A stretch of 64,000 bases of DNA, from NCBI GenBank assembly GCA_019058245.1, contig JAHPZJ010000028.1, positions 160,403-224,402 of the forward strand. Direction: 5' to 3'. The notes under the pieces were generated by a model. That model worked only from the letters and a program-made list of their open reading frames with translations, was not told the DNA's origin and did not search any database. Both the position numbers and the translations under genes were made by a program. Of the stretch, positions 21,078 through 30,547 are shown piece by piece. The DNA comes from Promethearchaeota archaeon. Its GTDB lineage: Archaea > Asgardarchaeota > Lokiarchaeia > Sigyniarchaeales > SOKP01. Positions within the stretch are counted from its first letter, which is position 1, and each line of letters starts with the position of its first letter.

Positions 21078-22538
21078 ATGAGTGATCTGATTTGTGTATT
21101 CGACGTTGGAACTACTGGAGCTAGAACGATAATTTTTAATGATAAAGGTGAAGTAATTGCAAAAGAATATGAGGAATATCCTTTTATGAAGCAGCCTGTT
21201 GGCATTTCCGAACAAGATCCAATAATTTGGTGGAATGCTATAAAAAATACATGTAATAAAGCATTAAATCAGATTAATCCTGAAAATATTATAGGGATTT
21301 CAGCAACATTTTTTCGTAGTACAATTACGATTATTGATAAAAAAGGAGAAATACTACATCCTGCTTTAACCTGGATGGATGAAAGACAAGAAACTTCCGC
21401 AATTGAGTGGAAAAGAGAGGTTGATCTTAGAAGATCAATTCCTAAAATACTATGGGTTAAGAAAAATAAACCAGAATTATTTAATAAAGCGTATAAAATT
21501 ATCCATCCAGATACTTATATCTACTTAAAATTATGCGATGAATGTGTTACAGATCCCACAAATGGAATTTTTGGGATTTTAAATAAGAATACTCTAAAAT
21601 GGGATGAGGAGTTATCTGAATCATTTGACTTACCAATAGAATTATGGCCAGAGGTGCATATTCCAGGTGAGATCATTGGTGAACTAACGAGTACCGCTGC
21701 TGATGCTTTAGGTTTTAAAAAAAATATTCCAATAATTTTAGGTGGTGGAGATCAACAATGCTCATCATTAGGATTAGGTGTAATCAATCCCGCTCAAGCT
21801 AAAGTTACTACTGGGACTGGAACATTTATTGATTATGTTGTTGATAAGCCTGTAGAACCTTCGGGAGATTTTCCTATTTTTTCATTACCTTCTGTAATAG
21901 AAGGTAAATGGAACATTGAGGGTATTGCCCCAGGAACAGGTACAGCATTAAAATGGTTCGCAGAAAATTTCTCACAATTACAAATTAAGGAAAGTCAAGA
22001 AAAGAATATTAATATTTATGATATGCTAACAGCAGAAGCAGCTACCATACAGCCCGGAAGTGAAGGATTGTTATTTTTACCAGAATTATGTATCTTCCGA
22101 AAAGGAACACTTCATGGTTTAGGTTGGAATCATACTAGGGCACATATGGTACGAGCAATAATGGAATCTGCTGCTCTAGCTTCTCAAATGTATCTTCAAT
22201 TAATTGAAGGAATGGGAGGGAAGAAAACTACTGAATTGCGAGTTGATGGAGGTGCAATGAATAGTGAATTATGGACTCAGATTTTTGCGGATGTTATTTC
22301 AAAGCCAATATTAGTTCCAGAGGTTAAAGATGGTGCTGCTATGGGTGCTGCGATTTTAGGATTTTTAGGTTGCAAAAGATATGATACTATTGAAAAAGCC
22401 ATTGAAAAAATGGTTAGATTTCCCACAATCAAAAACTCAAGTAAAGAAAATCTTAATATTTATAAAAAATTAAAAAGAATTTTTATGCCAGTTTTATTAG
22501 ATATATACAGTAAAAAAAGAGTAACTAAAGATCTTTAG
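21078..22538 (+). CDS. FGGY-family carbohydrate kinase
   Basis: DVGTTG, EQDP..WW, WMDER, GGGDQQC, TGTG, PGSEGLLFLP, VDGGA.NSELWTQI.AD. Confidence 0.9.
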   Translation: MSDLICVFDVGTTGARTIIFNDKGEVIAKEYEEYPFMKQPVGISEQDPIIWWNAIKNTCNKALNQINPENIIGISATFFRSTITIIDKKGEILHPALTWMDERQETSAIEWKREVDLRRSIPKILWVKKNKPELFNKAYKIIHPDTYIYLKLCDECVTDPTNGIFGILNKNTLKWDEELSESFDLPIELWPEVHIPGEIIGELTSTAADALGFKKNIPIILGGGDQQCSSLGLGVINPAQAKVTTGTGTFIDYVVDKPVEPSGDFPIFSLPSVIEGKWNIEGIAPGTGTALKWFAENFSQLQIKESQEKNINIYDMLTAEAATIQPGSEGLLFLPELCIFRKGTLHGLGWNHTRAHMVRAIMESAALASQMYLQLIEGMGGKKTTELRVDGGAMNSELWTQIFADVISKPILVPEVKDGAAMGAAILGFLGCKRYDTIEKAIEKMVRFPTIKNSSKENLNIYKKLKRIFMPVLLDIYSKKRVTKDL

Positions 22539-22726
22539 CTATTCTTAGAATTTCTTTTTTATATTTCTAAAAATTAGATATTATTTATGAAAATAATTAA
22601 ATAAAACTTAAAAAGAGTAAAAATCTATTCAAGTAATCTTTATTTCTATTTATTTTTAAATTTAGAAAAGTATTTTTTGAATCTATTATTTCAAAAAATA
22701 TAGAACATAATAAACCTTTTGCTCAC

Positions 22727-23551
22727 ATGCCTTATTTTAAGAACCAAGAGGGTTACAATTTATATTATGAAAACATAAATTCGGATTCAAATAAGTGCAC
22801 CATTATTTTACTCCATGGATTCGCTTCATCTGCTTCTTTTTTTAAGGCTCAAATAAGTATTTTAAAAGAGGATTATCGAATTATTGCTTTTGATGCATTA
22901 GGGCATGGGAGAAGTGAGCACCCAAAAGAACTCAATCTTACAAAAAATCTAAGACATGATATCATAAGAGATTTAGAAGATCTTCTAAGATTTTTAGATG
23001 TAGATGAACAATATGGTATAATTGGGCATTCTTTAGTTGGTGGAATGATAGGTCAATTATATACAATGAAGCATCCAACAGATGTCAAATTTTTAATTTT
23101 ATTGAATTCAGGGTATATTATGATAGATAATGTTGTTAGAAATATTTTTTATAATCTACTCCCATATTTTATCAGAATGAATTTTTTGGATGTAGTTGCA
23201 AATTCAGTTGAAAAGTTGTTAGATAAAACAATTCCTTATATCATTACCGCTTTATCAGGTAGTTTACCAGGTTTAAATCTAACAAAAGATCAATTATATA
23301 TGCAAATTGAAGATCAAATTTTTAGAATGATCCATGAAATTAAAGAATATGAACCTAATATTACTTGTCCAACACTTATAATTGGAGGAAGGCTTGATAA
23401 TTTTGCTCCAGAACAAATGTCAGAAAAATTACACCAGATGATTCCACACTCTACATTAGAAATTATTGATATGGCAGGTCATTTTGCTCCAGCTCAAAGA
23501 AAAGAGGTAGTTAATGAATTAATAAGTAATTTTATTAGAAAGATTAGATGA
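22727..23551 (+). CDS. Alpha/beta hydrolase
   Basis: LLHGF, DALGHGRS, GHSLVGG, CPTLIIGG..D, AGH. Confidence 0.85.
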   Translation: MPYFKNQEGYNLYYENINSDSNKCTIILLHGFASSASFFKAQISILKEDYRIIAFDALGHGRSEHPKELNLTKNLRHDIIRDLEDLLRFLDVDEQYGIIGHSLVGGMIGQLYTMKHPTDVKFLILLNSGYIMIDNVVRNIFYNLLPYFIRMNFLDVVANSVEKLLDKTIPYIITALSGSLPGLNLTKDQLYMQIEDQIFRMIHEIKEYEPNITCPTLIIGGRLDNFAPEQMSEKLHQMIPHSTLEIIDMAGHFAPAQRKEVVNELISNFIRKIR

Positions 23552-24033
23552 AGGAAAAAAATCACAAACAAAATATAAATAGCTTTATGTCAATGAATGT
23601 TCTAATATCAATTAAACCAAAATATGTGAAGAAAATCGAAAAAGGAGAGAAAAGATATGAATTTAGGAAATCAATATTTAATTGCAAAAAAATAAATTTT
23701 ATTTATATTTATTGTACTACACCAATTAAAAAATTAGTTGCTCGATTTAAGATAAAAAAAATTATTGAGGATACTCCATTAAATTTATGGGAAAAATATA
23801 GATTTTTTGCCGGTATTAACAAAAATGAGTTTTTTAATTATTTTGAAGGAAAGATCAAAGGGTATGCCATAAAAATAAAAGATTTAGAATTCTTTAAAAA
23901 TTCTGTTGATCCATATCAAATTTGGTCAGATTTCATCCCTCCTCAGTCTTTTCGTTATATTGAAGATATCCCTTATACTTTTGATATAGTAAAAAGCAAT
24001 GAAAATAATAATTTAGAAATTAAAAAAGCATGA
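23548..24033 (+). CDS. ASCH (PUA-like) domain protein, 'LISIKP..GEK.YEFRK' type
   Basis: LISIKPKYVKKIEKGEKRYEFRK, YIYCTTP, LWEKY..AGI..EFF.YF, PPQSFRY; ATGA overlap with the hydrolase stop. Confidence 0.85.
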   Translation: MKEKNHKQNINSFMSMNVLISIKPKYVKKIEKGEKRYEFRKSIFNCKKINFIYIYCTTPIKKLVARFKIKKIIEDTPLNLWEKYRFFAGINKNEFFNYFEGKIKGYAIKIKDLEFFKNSVDPYQIWSDFIPPQSFRYIEDIPYTFDIVKSNENNNLEIKKA

Positions 24034-24050
24034 AGAGATCATTCTTCATG
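24029..24050. repeat. 8-bp perfect inverted repeat across the ASCH stop codon
   Basis: CATGAAGA-GATCAT-TCTTCATG. Confidence 0.5.
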
Positions 24051-24124
24051 AAAAATCTTAAATTTAATTGAAGAAGTTTAAATTGATTAGAATTTATTTA
24101 TTTTTAAATTATAAATGATTCAAT

Positions 24125-25477
24125 ATGACCAGTAAATCTAATTTAAATTTAGAAATTCGAGAAGCTGTCAAAGAGGATTTTGAATTTGTTGAAGGTATGA
24201 TGTGTCATGCTTTAGAACCTTATTATGGTGGAGACCATAAAGCCCATGCCAAAAGAATATTAATGACTCATCTCTCTGGAGGAATTGATAAAATTGGACA
24301 TTTTTCATTTGAACAAAAAATGTTCATTCTGTGCTTAAATAGTAAAACCGTGGGAATGATTCATCTCGTTGGAAAGCGTCAGGGTACTTATAAGATCAGT
24401 CCAATTATAATTGATAAACCTTTTAGAGGAAAATATGGTTTAGGATCGGTTCTTCTTGAGCACGCTGAAAATTATGCCATTAAAAAGGGAGCAAGGCAAA
24501 TATATTGTACCGTAGCTGAAGAGAATGAGGAAGCCCAAAGTTTTTTTTTAGAAAAAGGATATATAATAGCTGGAAAATCAGAAAGTCACTATAAATATGG
24601 TATTACAGAGCTAATGATGTATAAAATATTTTTAGAACCAAATTTCGATGAAAAATTTGACAGACCTAATATTTCGGTTCATTTATTAGAAAAAAAATAT
24701 GAACTACAAGTTTCAGATTTTTTATTAGAAAAACTTCCAGAGCACTTCATAGGAATTGATTTGAAATGGATTGATGCACTTTTTAAAGGATTTTATAGAA
24801 GAAATTCTAGGAATATAAACTTAAAATTTAAACTTATTTTTGTTGCTATAGATAGATATGATAATGTCTTAGGAATTGCTGGTGCTACTCCAAAGAAAGG
24901 AGAACCCATCAAAATTATGCCGTTTTTAGCGAAAACATTACCAGCATTTGTAGCACTATTATCAGATATTCCATTTGAACTAAGAGACTATGGTCATAAA
25001 CTATATATTCATATAACACCCTCCGTTGAGGAAACAATAGCGTTACAGCAAAATGGATGGAAACTTGATGCTGCAATGCCAGAAGCATATCAAGAAAAAA
25101 TAATAACTCAACAATGGAGTTTAGATATTGATGATCCAAATTTTGCGCGTATTATCCGCACAAAGAAGAAATATCTTGATTTGATGAAGAAAAATAAAAA
25201 AACAATTGAAGTTAGAGTAGCATATAAAAAAATGAAATCAATTAAAAATGGTGATAGAGTAAAATTTCGATGTCGTAACAGTTCATACACTACTACTATT
25301 AAAGATATTAGATATTATTGTTCTATTAAAGAATTACTCGAAAGTGAAGATTCAAATAAAATTATTCCAAATCGGTCTAAAGAGGAGGTGTTGAAAATAC
25401 TAAAAGATATTTATCCCGAAAAATTAGAAAATCTTGGTATGATGGCATTAGAATTAAATTTAAACGAGAAGAAATAA
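24125..25477 (+). CDS. GNAT acetyltransferase + degenerate second GNAT + C-terminal ASCH fusion
   Basis: Motif A IDKPFRGKYGLGSVLL and motif B NEEAQSFFLEKGY; second GNAT-like segment FVAID..VLGIAG...LQQNGWK; C-terminal KKYLDLMKKNKKTIEVR..IKNGDRVKF..IYP. Confidence 0.8.
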   Translation: MTSKSNLNLEIREAVKEDFEFVEGMMCHALEPYYGGDHKAHAKRILMTHLSGGIDKIGHFSFEQKMFILCLNSKTVGMIHLVGKRQGTYKISPIIIDKPFRGKYGLGSVLLEHAENYAIKKGARQIYCTVAEENEEAQSFFLEKGYIIAGKSESHYKYGITELMMYKIFLEPNFDEKFDRPNISVHLLEKKYELQVSDFLLEKLPEHFIGIDLKWIDALFKGFYRRNSRNINLKFKLIFVAIDRYDNVLGIAGATPKKGEPIKIMPFLAKTLPAFVALLSDIPFELRDYGHKLYIHITPSVEETIALQQNGWKLDAAMPEAYQEKIITQQWSLDIDDPNFARIIRTKKKYLDLMKKNKKTIEVRVAYKKMKSIKNGDRVKFRCRNSSYTTTIKDIRYYCSIKELLESEDSNKIIPNRSKEEVLKILKDIYPEKLENLGMMALELNLNEKK

Positions 25478-25478
25478 T

Positions 25479-25802
25479 ATGAGACGTCTTATTTTTAAAA
25501 AAGAATATCTAAAGCTCATCCTACAAGGAAAGAAAGTTTTAGAAGGAAGAGTTGGATATGAAAATATTAAGAAATTGAAGACGGGAGAAATTATTTCTCT
25601 AAACGGAAAATATAATGCAAAGATAATAAAAATTCAAAAATTTTCGAGTTTTAAGGAGGCATTGAATATAAATAATTATAAAAAGCTATTACCAAATGCT
25701 TCATCTATAGATGATGCTTTAAATATATATAGCAATATCTATCCCTTGTGGAAACAAGAAAAATTAGGTGTATTTATTTTAGAAATTAAATATCCATTAT
25801 AA
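25479..25802 (+). CDS. Stand-alone ASCH domain protein
   Basis: KEYLKLILQGKKVLEGR..LKTGEII..FSSFKEAL..LLP...IY..E.LGV; 1-nt gap after the fusion gene. Confidence 0.85.
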   Translation: MRRLIFKKEYLKLILQGKKVLEGRVGYENIKKLKTGEIISLNGKYNAKIIKIQKFSSFKEALNINNYKKLLPNASSIDDALNIYSNIYPLWKQEKLGVFILEIKYPL

Positions 25803-25992
25803 ATCTGAAACAAAAATAGCTTCTTATAGTTTTAACCAAATTATGAATTAAAAAATTGACAGTTTAGGAACTTTTTTTAATAGTATTATTCAATTTGAAC
25901 TCTTGTATTCAAATATAATAAATAAAAAGGAACTATATTTATTAGTAAGAGAAGAAAACTAAATTAAAAATATTCATAAATCTAAATTAAAG

Positions 25993-27021
25993 ATGAAGAA
26001 TAATAATGAAACTATTTTTGTATTTGCATCTGGTTATCGAGATCTATATAAAAAAGAAATTTATAATACACTAGCTTATCCATCAGAATTTTTGATGCAT
26101 TTTAGATATCGTTTAAAATGGGTAAGTTTAGAGATTTCAAATCACATTTCTTTAGAAGGTAAAAATCTTATTGTGATCGCGACAATTGAGCTAGATGATC
26201 AAAACAAAAATAAAAACCAGAAATTCATGCCATTGAGAAAAGGTAAGATTATATCTACTTCTAAGGATGGTGATACCTTACATATATATTTTGAATTATC
26301 GAAAGATTGGGTTTTATATGAGGATAACTCCAATGATAGAATAGATTTATATGATACAATTATTAAAAGAGGGGGTAATCCTTCCAATGGTGTTGCTGTT
26401 GCATTTGGGAACGCTCATAATTTTAAATTCTCTAATGATGATTTAGCATGGGTTTATATAATTAATAGGCTTGTTGAATTTCCAGAATATCAAAATTCTC
26501 TTTTTTTTAGATTAAACTCTGTTACAAGAGTTCCTAATAATAAACCTCTTGAATTAAAGAAATTAGATCCTTTTACCAATGGATATATTCTTAAAAGAAG
26601 AAAAAATTATATTTTTGATTTCTCATTCAATTTTGGGCATGAGCCACCAGAAAACGCGAAAAGTGCTAATTTTGAATTAAATAGCGATGAAATCCTAAAA
26701 ATATTTCCCAATAAGTTGATGTTGGGATTTAGAGTCGACAAAAAACATTTTTTTGTTTCTCCTAGTAGTCATTCTTCTAATGAGAGAACAATTATCTCTA
26801 CTAAAATAAAAGGTACTATTGAAGCCCCATTATTGGAAATTCCAATAAGGGTTACAAAAAATAAATTATTATATGGCTTATATTTATTTTTGATTTTACT
26901 TGGATTAATTTTTATAAGTTTACCTTTGGCAGAAAATATTTTAGGTGTGACTTTAAAACTATGTGGTGCTATTTCTACAGCTCTAGGGACTTTTTTAATA
27001 AATTATTATACAAAATATTAA
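25993..27021 (+). CDS. Hypothetical protein with soluble beta-rich N-region and two C-terminal TM helices
   Basis: 342-aa ORF; hydrophobic LLYGLYLFLILLGLIFISL and LCGAISTALGTFLI at the C-terminus. Confidence 0.75.
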   Translation: MKNNNETIFVFASGYRDLYKKEIYNTLAYPSEFLMHFRYRLKWVSLEISNHISLEGKNLIVIATIELDDQNKNKNQKFMPLRKGKIISTSKDGDTLHIYFELSKDWVLYEDNSNDRIDLYDTIIKRGGNPSNGVAVAFGNAHNFKFSNDDLAWVYIINRLVEFPEYQNSLFFRLNSVTRVPNNKPLELKKLDPFTNGYILKRRKNYIFDFSFNFGHEPPENAKSANFELNSDEILKIFPNKLMLGFRVDKKHFFVSPSSHSSNERTIISTKIKGTIEAPLLEIPIRVTKNKLLYGLYLFLILLGLIFISLPLAENILGVTLKLCGAISTALGTFLINYYTKY

Positions 27022-27188
27022 TCATTGCGATAGAAAATCAAATTTGGAATAGAGTTTTATTTTAATAGTAGAAATTAGTTAATTTTCTTTATATTTCAAA
27101 TCATTTTTAAATTAGATTTATAATAATAATTTTAAAAATAACCTCAACTAAATATTAAACATCATATATATTTAAAAACAATATTAAA

Positions 27189-27563
27189 ATGCGAAAGAAT
27201 TCAAATAATAATGATAATACAATCTCTATTTCTTATTTTAAAGAAAAAGTTAGGGAATTTGTAAAAGAACGCAAATGGGAGAAATATCAAACACCTCAAA
27301 ATTTGATTCAAGCTCTTGGAATTGAGATTTCGGAATTGTCACAATTATTTCTTTTTAAGGATTATTCAATAGAAGATATCAAAAATAATAATCATCTTTT
27401 AAAAAATCTTTCAGAGGAAATCGCAGATGTTTTCATTTATCTAATATGTCTTGTAAATACCTTAAATTTTGATCTTACAGAAATATTTATAAAAAAAATG
27501 GAAAAAAACAAGGAAAAATATTCAATTACAGAGTTTAACAATGGAATATATTATAAAAAATAG
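27189..27563 (+). CDS. MazG-like nucleotide pyrophosphohydrolase (dCTPase-type)
   Basis: FVKERKWEKYQTPQNL..L.IEISEL, EEIADVFIYL, KMEKNKEKY. Confidence 0.85.
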   Translation: MRKNSNNNDNTISISYFKEKVREFVKERKWEKYQTPQNLIQALGIEISELSQLFLFKDYSIEDIKNNNHLLKNLSEEIADVFIYLICLVNTLNFDLTEIFIKKMEKNKEKYSITEFNNGIYYKK

Positions 27564-27581
27564 AGGAATTGAGAATTTAAG

Positions 27582-28052
27582 ATGCCAGATATTAATAAAG
27601 CTCTTCTAGCTCCTTGTGGACTGTATTGTGGTGTATGTGCTATACATATTGCTGATCGAGATAATAATTCGAGATTTAAAGAAATACTTGTAAATGTCTA
27701 TAAGCCATTTTCTAAAACTGCAAATGATATCAAATGTAAAGGATGTTTATCAGAAAATCAAGAGGACATTTTTGGATATTGTAAGATTTGTCCAATACGG
27801 GATTGTGTAAAAAATAAAGGATTTGAGAGTTGCTATCAGTGTAATGATTTCCCTTGTAAATTAATAGATAAGTTTCCCATCCCTGTCGGAAAAAAAGTTA
27901 TTCTTCGGGCAATTCCCCGATGGAAAGAACTAGGAACTGAAAAATGGGTCGATGAAGAGGAAAAAAGGTATCATTGCCCCGAATGTGGTAACTCATTATT
28001 TCGAGGGGCAAAACGTTGTAATATATGTAAAATAGCAGTTGATATAGATTGA
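27582..28052 (+). CDS. Cys-rich DUF3795-like protein with C-terminal zinc ribbon
   Basis: APCGLYCGVC, CKGC, CKICPIRDC, SCYQCNDFPC, CPECG..CNIC. Confidence 0.8.
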   Translation: MPDINKALLAPCGLYCGVCAIHIADRDNNSRFKEILVNVYKPFSKTANDIKCKGCLSENQEDIFGYCKICPIRDCVKNKGFESCYQCNDFPCKLIDKFPIPVGKKVILRAIPRWKELGTEKWVDEEEKRYHCPECGNSLFRGAKRCNICKIAVDID

Positions 28053-28114
28053 TCTATTTATTATTTCTTTATTAATAATAAGAATTTTTATGGTTTTTTC
28101 CTTTATAATTTCCC

Positions 28115-29092
28115 ATGGTTGCTAAGAATATTGATCATATCATAAAGGAGCAATTAAGTTTTACCTTAAAGGAAACAAATTTTTCTAATTTGGGAGATTT
28201 ATATCGAGGAAAAGTTAGAGATAATTATACAAAAGAAGATATCAGAATAATTGTTGCAACTGATCGTTTAAGTGCTTTTGATAGGGTAATAACGACAATT
28301 CCATTCAAAGGGCAGATGTTAAATCAAATTTCATCCTTTTGGTTTGAAAAAACAAAAGACATTGTAAAAAACCATATTATCGATATTCCAGATCCTAATG
28401 TTGCTGTGGTTCATCAATGTGAGACTGTTCCAGTTGAGGTCGTTATTAGAGGTTATTTAACTGGAAGTATGTGGCGTGATTATAATAAAGGTCATTCTAC
28501 TTCAGGTATAATGCCTCCGAATGGAATGAAAAAAAATCAGAAATTTGATGATATTATCATAACACCTTCTACAAAAGCAGAATCAGGGCATGATATTTAC
28601 CTCTCAAAGGAAGAAATTATAAAAAGAGGTATGGTTGATAAAAATATTTATGAAGAGATGGAAGTAGCGGCGCTTAAATTATTTGAATTTGGACAAGAGT
28701 TTTGCGAAAAAAATGGGCTTATCTTAGTTGATACAAAGTATGAATTTGGATTAAAAGAAGGTGAATTAATGATTATTGATGAAATTCATACTCAAGATTC
28801 TTCTCGATTCTGGATTCTCAATTCTTATCAAGAAAGATTTGAAAAAGGACTAAATCCTGAAATATTAGATAAGGAAATTTTTAGAGGATGGCTTATGGAA
28901 ACTTATCCTGAGATATTTCCTGATATTAAACCAGATGAAGATATTCCCCCCATCTCTGAAGATATTAAAATAGAATTAGCTAAAAGATATATGCGAAGCT
29001 ATAAGAAAATTACTGGAGTAGAGTTTAAAGCAGAAATTTCAGATGTAAAAAATAGGATTTATGAAAATTTAAAGAGAGCCAATTACTTATAG
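28115..29092 (+). CDS. purC: SAICAR synthetase
   Basis: GKVRDNY, TDRLSAFD, PVEVVIRGYLTGS, TPSTKA, LVDTKYEFG, DEIHT.DSSRFW. Confidence 0.96.
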   Translation: MVAKNIDHIIKEQLSFTLKETNFSNLGDLYRGKVRDNYTKEDIRIIVATDRLSAFDRVITTIPFKGQMLNQISSFWFEKTKDIVKNHIIDIPDPNVAVVHQCETVPVEVVIRGYLTGSMWRDYNKGHSTSGIMPPNGMKKNQKFDDIIITPSTKAESGHDIYLSKEEIIKRGMVDKNIYEEMEVAALKLFEFGQEFCEKNGLILVDTKYEFGLKEGELMIIDEIHTQDSSRFWILNSYQERFEKGLNPEILDKEIFRGWLMETYPEIFPDIKPDEDIPPISEDIKIELAKRYMRSYKKITGVEFKAEISDVKNRIYENLKRANYL

Positions 29093-29137
29093 GATTTAAG
29101 TAAAATTTAAATAATTACCACAGTATTTTTTCGTAAT

Positions 29138-29341
29138 ATGTTTGATATAATTCTATTATTTCTTGATGCTATTCTATTTGTTCTTTCTTTTTTGTTTGTT
29201 ATCCTTGACCTTAAAAGTTATGAAGGAGAAAAAAATGAAGGTTTAAAGGGGAACTTCATTCCTAAATATAGTCGTTTTGCTCTTTTATTTGGTCTTTTAG
29301 CACTAATAGTTGCTGTATTTAATAGTTTATTTTATCTTTGA
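29138..29341 (+). CDS. Small two-TM membrane protein
   Basis: 67 aa with two hydrophobic segments. Confidence 0.5.
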   Translation: MFDIILLFLDAILFVLSFLFVILDLKSYEGEKNEGLKGNFIPKYSRFALLFGLLALIVAVFNSLFYL

Positions 29342-29570
29342 AGGTATAATATTTTAGAAGGATTCTAATTTCCTGAGAATTTTCTATTTGTTAAATACAT
29401 AGAATTCTGAATCTATGTTCTTTTTTCTCTAAGAAATTTAGGCTTTAATCAGCATTGATTTCATAAATTAATCAGAGGAAAAACTAATTCTTGTCGTTTT
29501 TGTCGATGAATATTATTTTTAAGTTAATAAGAATTAATAAAAATATATATAACTTCTTTTTTTTAACAAT

Positions 29571-29840
29571 ATGGCTCCCCAAGAATTTGAAGTAGAAATA
29601 ACTTTAATGAATAAACCTGCTGCAAAAGATCCTGTTGGTGCGACCATCCAAAAAGATCTTTTAGCTAAAAAAGGTTATGATATGATTTCTAATGTTCGTT
29701 CAGGACAATTTTTAAGAATTCATCTTAAAGCTGAGGATGAAAATGAAGCTAAGGAAATAATAGAAAAAATGTGTAATGACCTTCGAATTTTTAACCCAGT
29801 AACTCAAAACCTAACTATTTTGAAAGTATCAAAATTATGA
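29571..29840 (+). CDS. purS: FGAM synthase subunit PurS
   Basis: DPVGATI..L..GY..VRSG..MC..LRIFNPV; directly upstream of purQ. Confidence 0.9.
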   Translation: MAPQEFEVEITLMNKPAAKDPVGATIQKDLLAKKGYDMISNVRSGQFLRIHLKAEDENEAKEIIEKMCNDLRIFNPVTQNLTILKVSKL

Positions 29841-30547
29841 ATATTAAAATAGCAGTAATCCAATTTCCGGGTGCTAATTGTGATTTAGATGCTATACACG
29901 TTCTAAATAATGTTATTAATGTTAAAACAGATTTAGTATGGCATAATCACTTCAAAGAAGAGAAATATGATGGAGTAATATTACCCGGTGGATTCGCATT
30001 TGGAGATTATTTGAGAGCAGGAATTATTGCTGCTCATAGTCCAGCAATTGAAGAAGCAAGAATAATGCTAAAAGATGGAAGACCAGTAGTAGGAATCTGT
30101 AATGGATTTCAAGTTTTAACAGAAGCTCAATTTCTTCCAGGTGCATTATTACAGAACGATTCACTCAAATTTGCTTGTAAATGGGTAAATCTTAAAGTTG
30201 AGAATAATAATACAGCATGTACAAATAAAATGAACTTAGGAGATGTACTTGCAATACCTATAGCTCATGGAGAAGGACGTTATTATACTGATAAGTTGAA
30301 AGAATTAGAGGAAAATAACCAAATTGTATTCAAATATTCTACTGAAGAAGGAGAATTAACGGAAGAAGCAAATCCAAATGGTTCATTAGAAAACATTGCA
30401 GGTGTCTGTAATTTAGAACAAAATTGTGTTGGATTAATGCCCCATCCAGAACGTGCATCGGAAGAAATAATAAGCCCAAAAGGAACAATACATGGACAAA
30501 TATTTTTTAAATCTATGATTGAATTTATTAAACGGAGGTTAGCCTAA
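29837..30547 (+). CDS. purQ: FGAM synthase glutaminase subunit
   Basis: FPGANC, PGGFAFGDYLRAG, GICNGFQVL, AHGEG, NPNGS, MPHPER. Confidence 0.96.
   Translation: MNIKIAVIQFPGANCDLDAIHVLNNVINVKTDLVWHNHFKEEKYDGVILPGGFAFGDYLRAGIIAAHSPAIEEARIMLKDGRPVVGICNGFQVLTEAQFLPGALLQNDSLKFACKWVNLKVENNNTACTNKMNLGDVLAIPIAHGEGRYYTDKLKELEENNQIVFKYSTEEGELTEEANPNGSLENIAGVCNLEQNCVGLMPHPERASEEIISPKGTIHGQIFFKSMIEFIKRRLA

Noticed and set aside
23548-25802. ASCH proteins as YqfB-type ac4C amidohydrolases ('erasers')
   Set aside because: All three have Glu rather than the catalytic Thr in the GxKxxxxR core, so hydrolase activity is not supported by sequence
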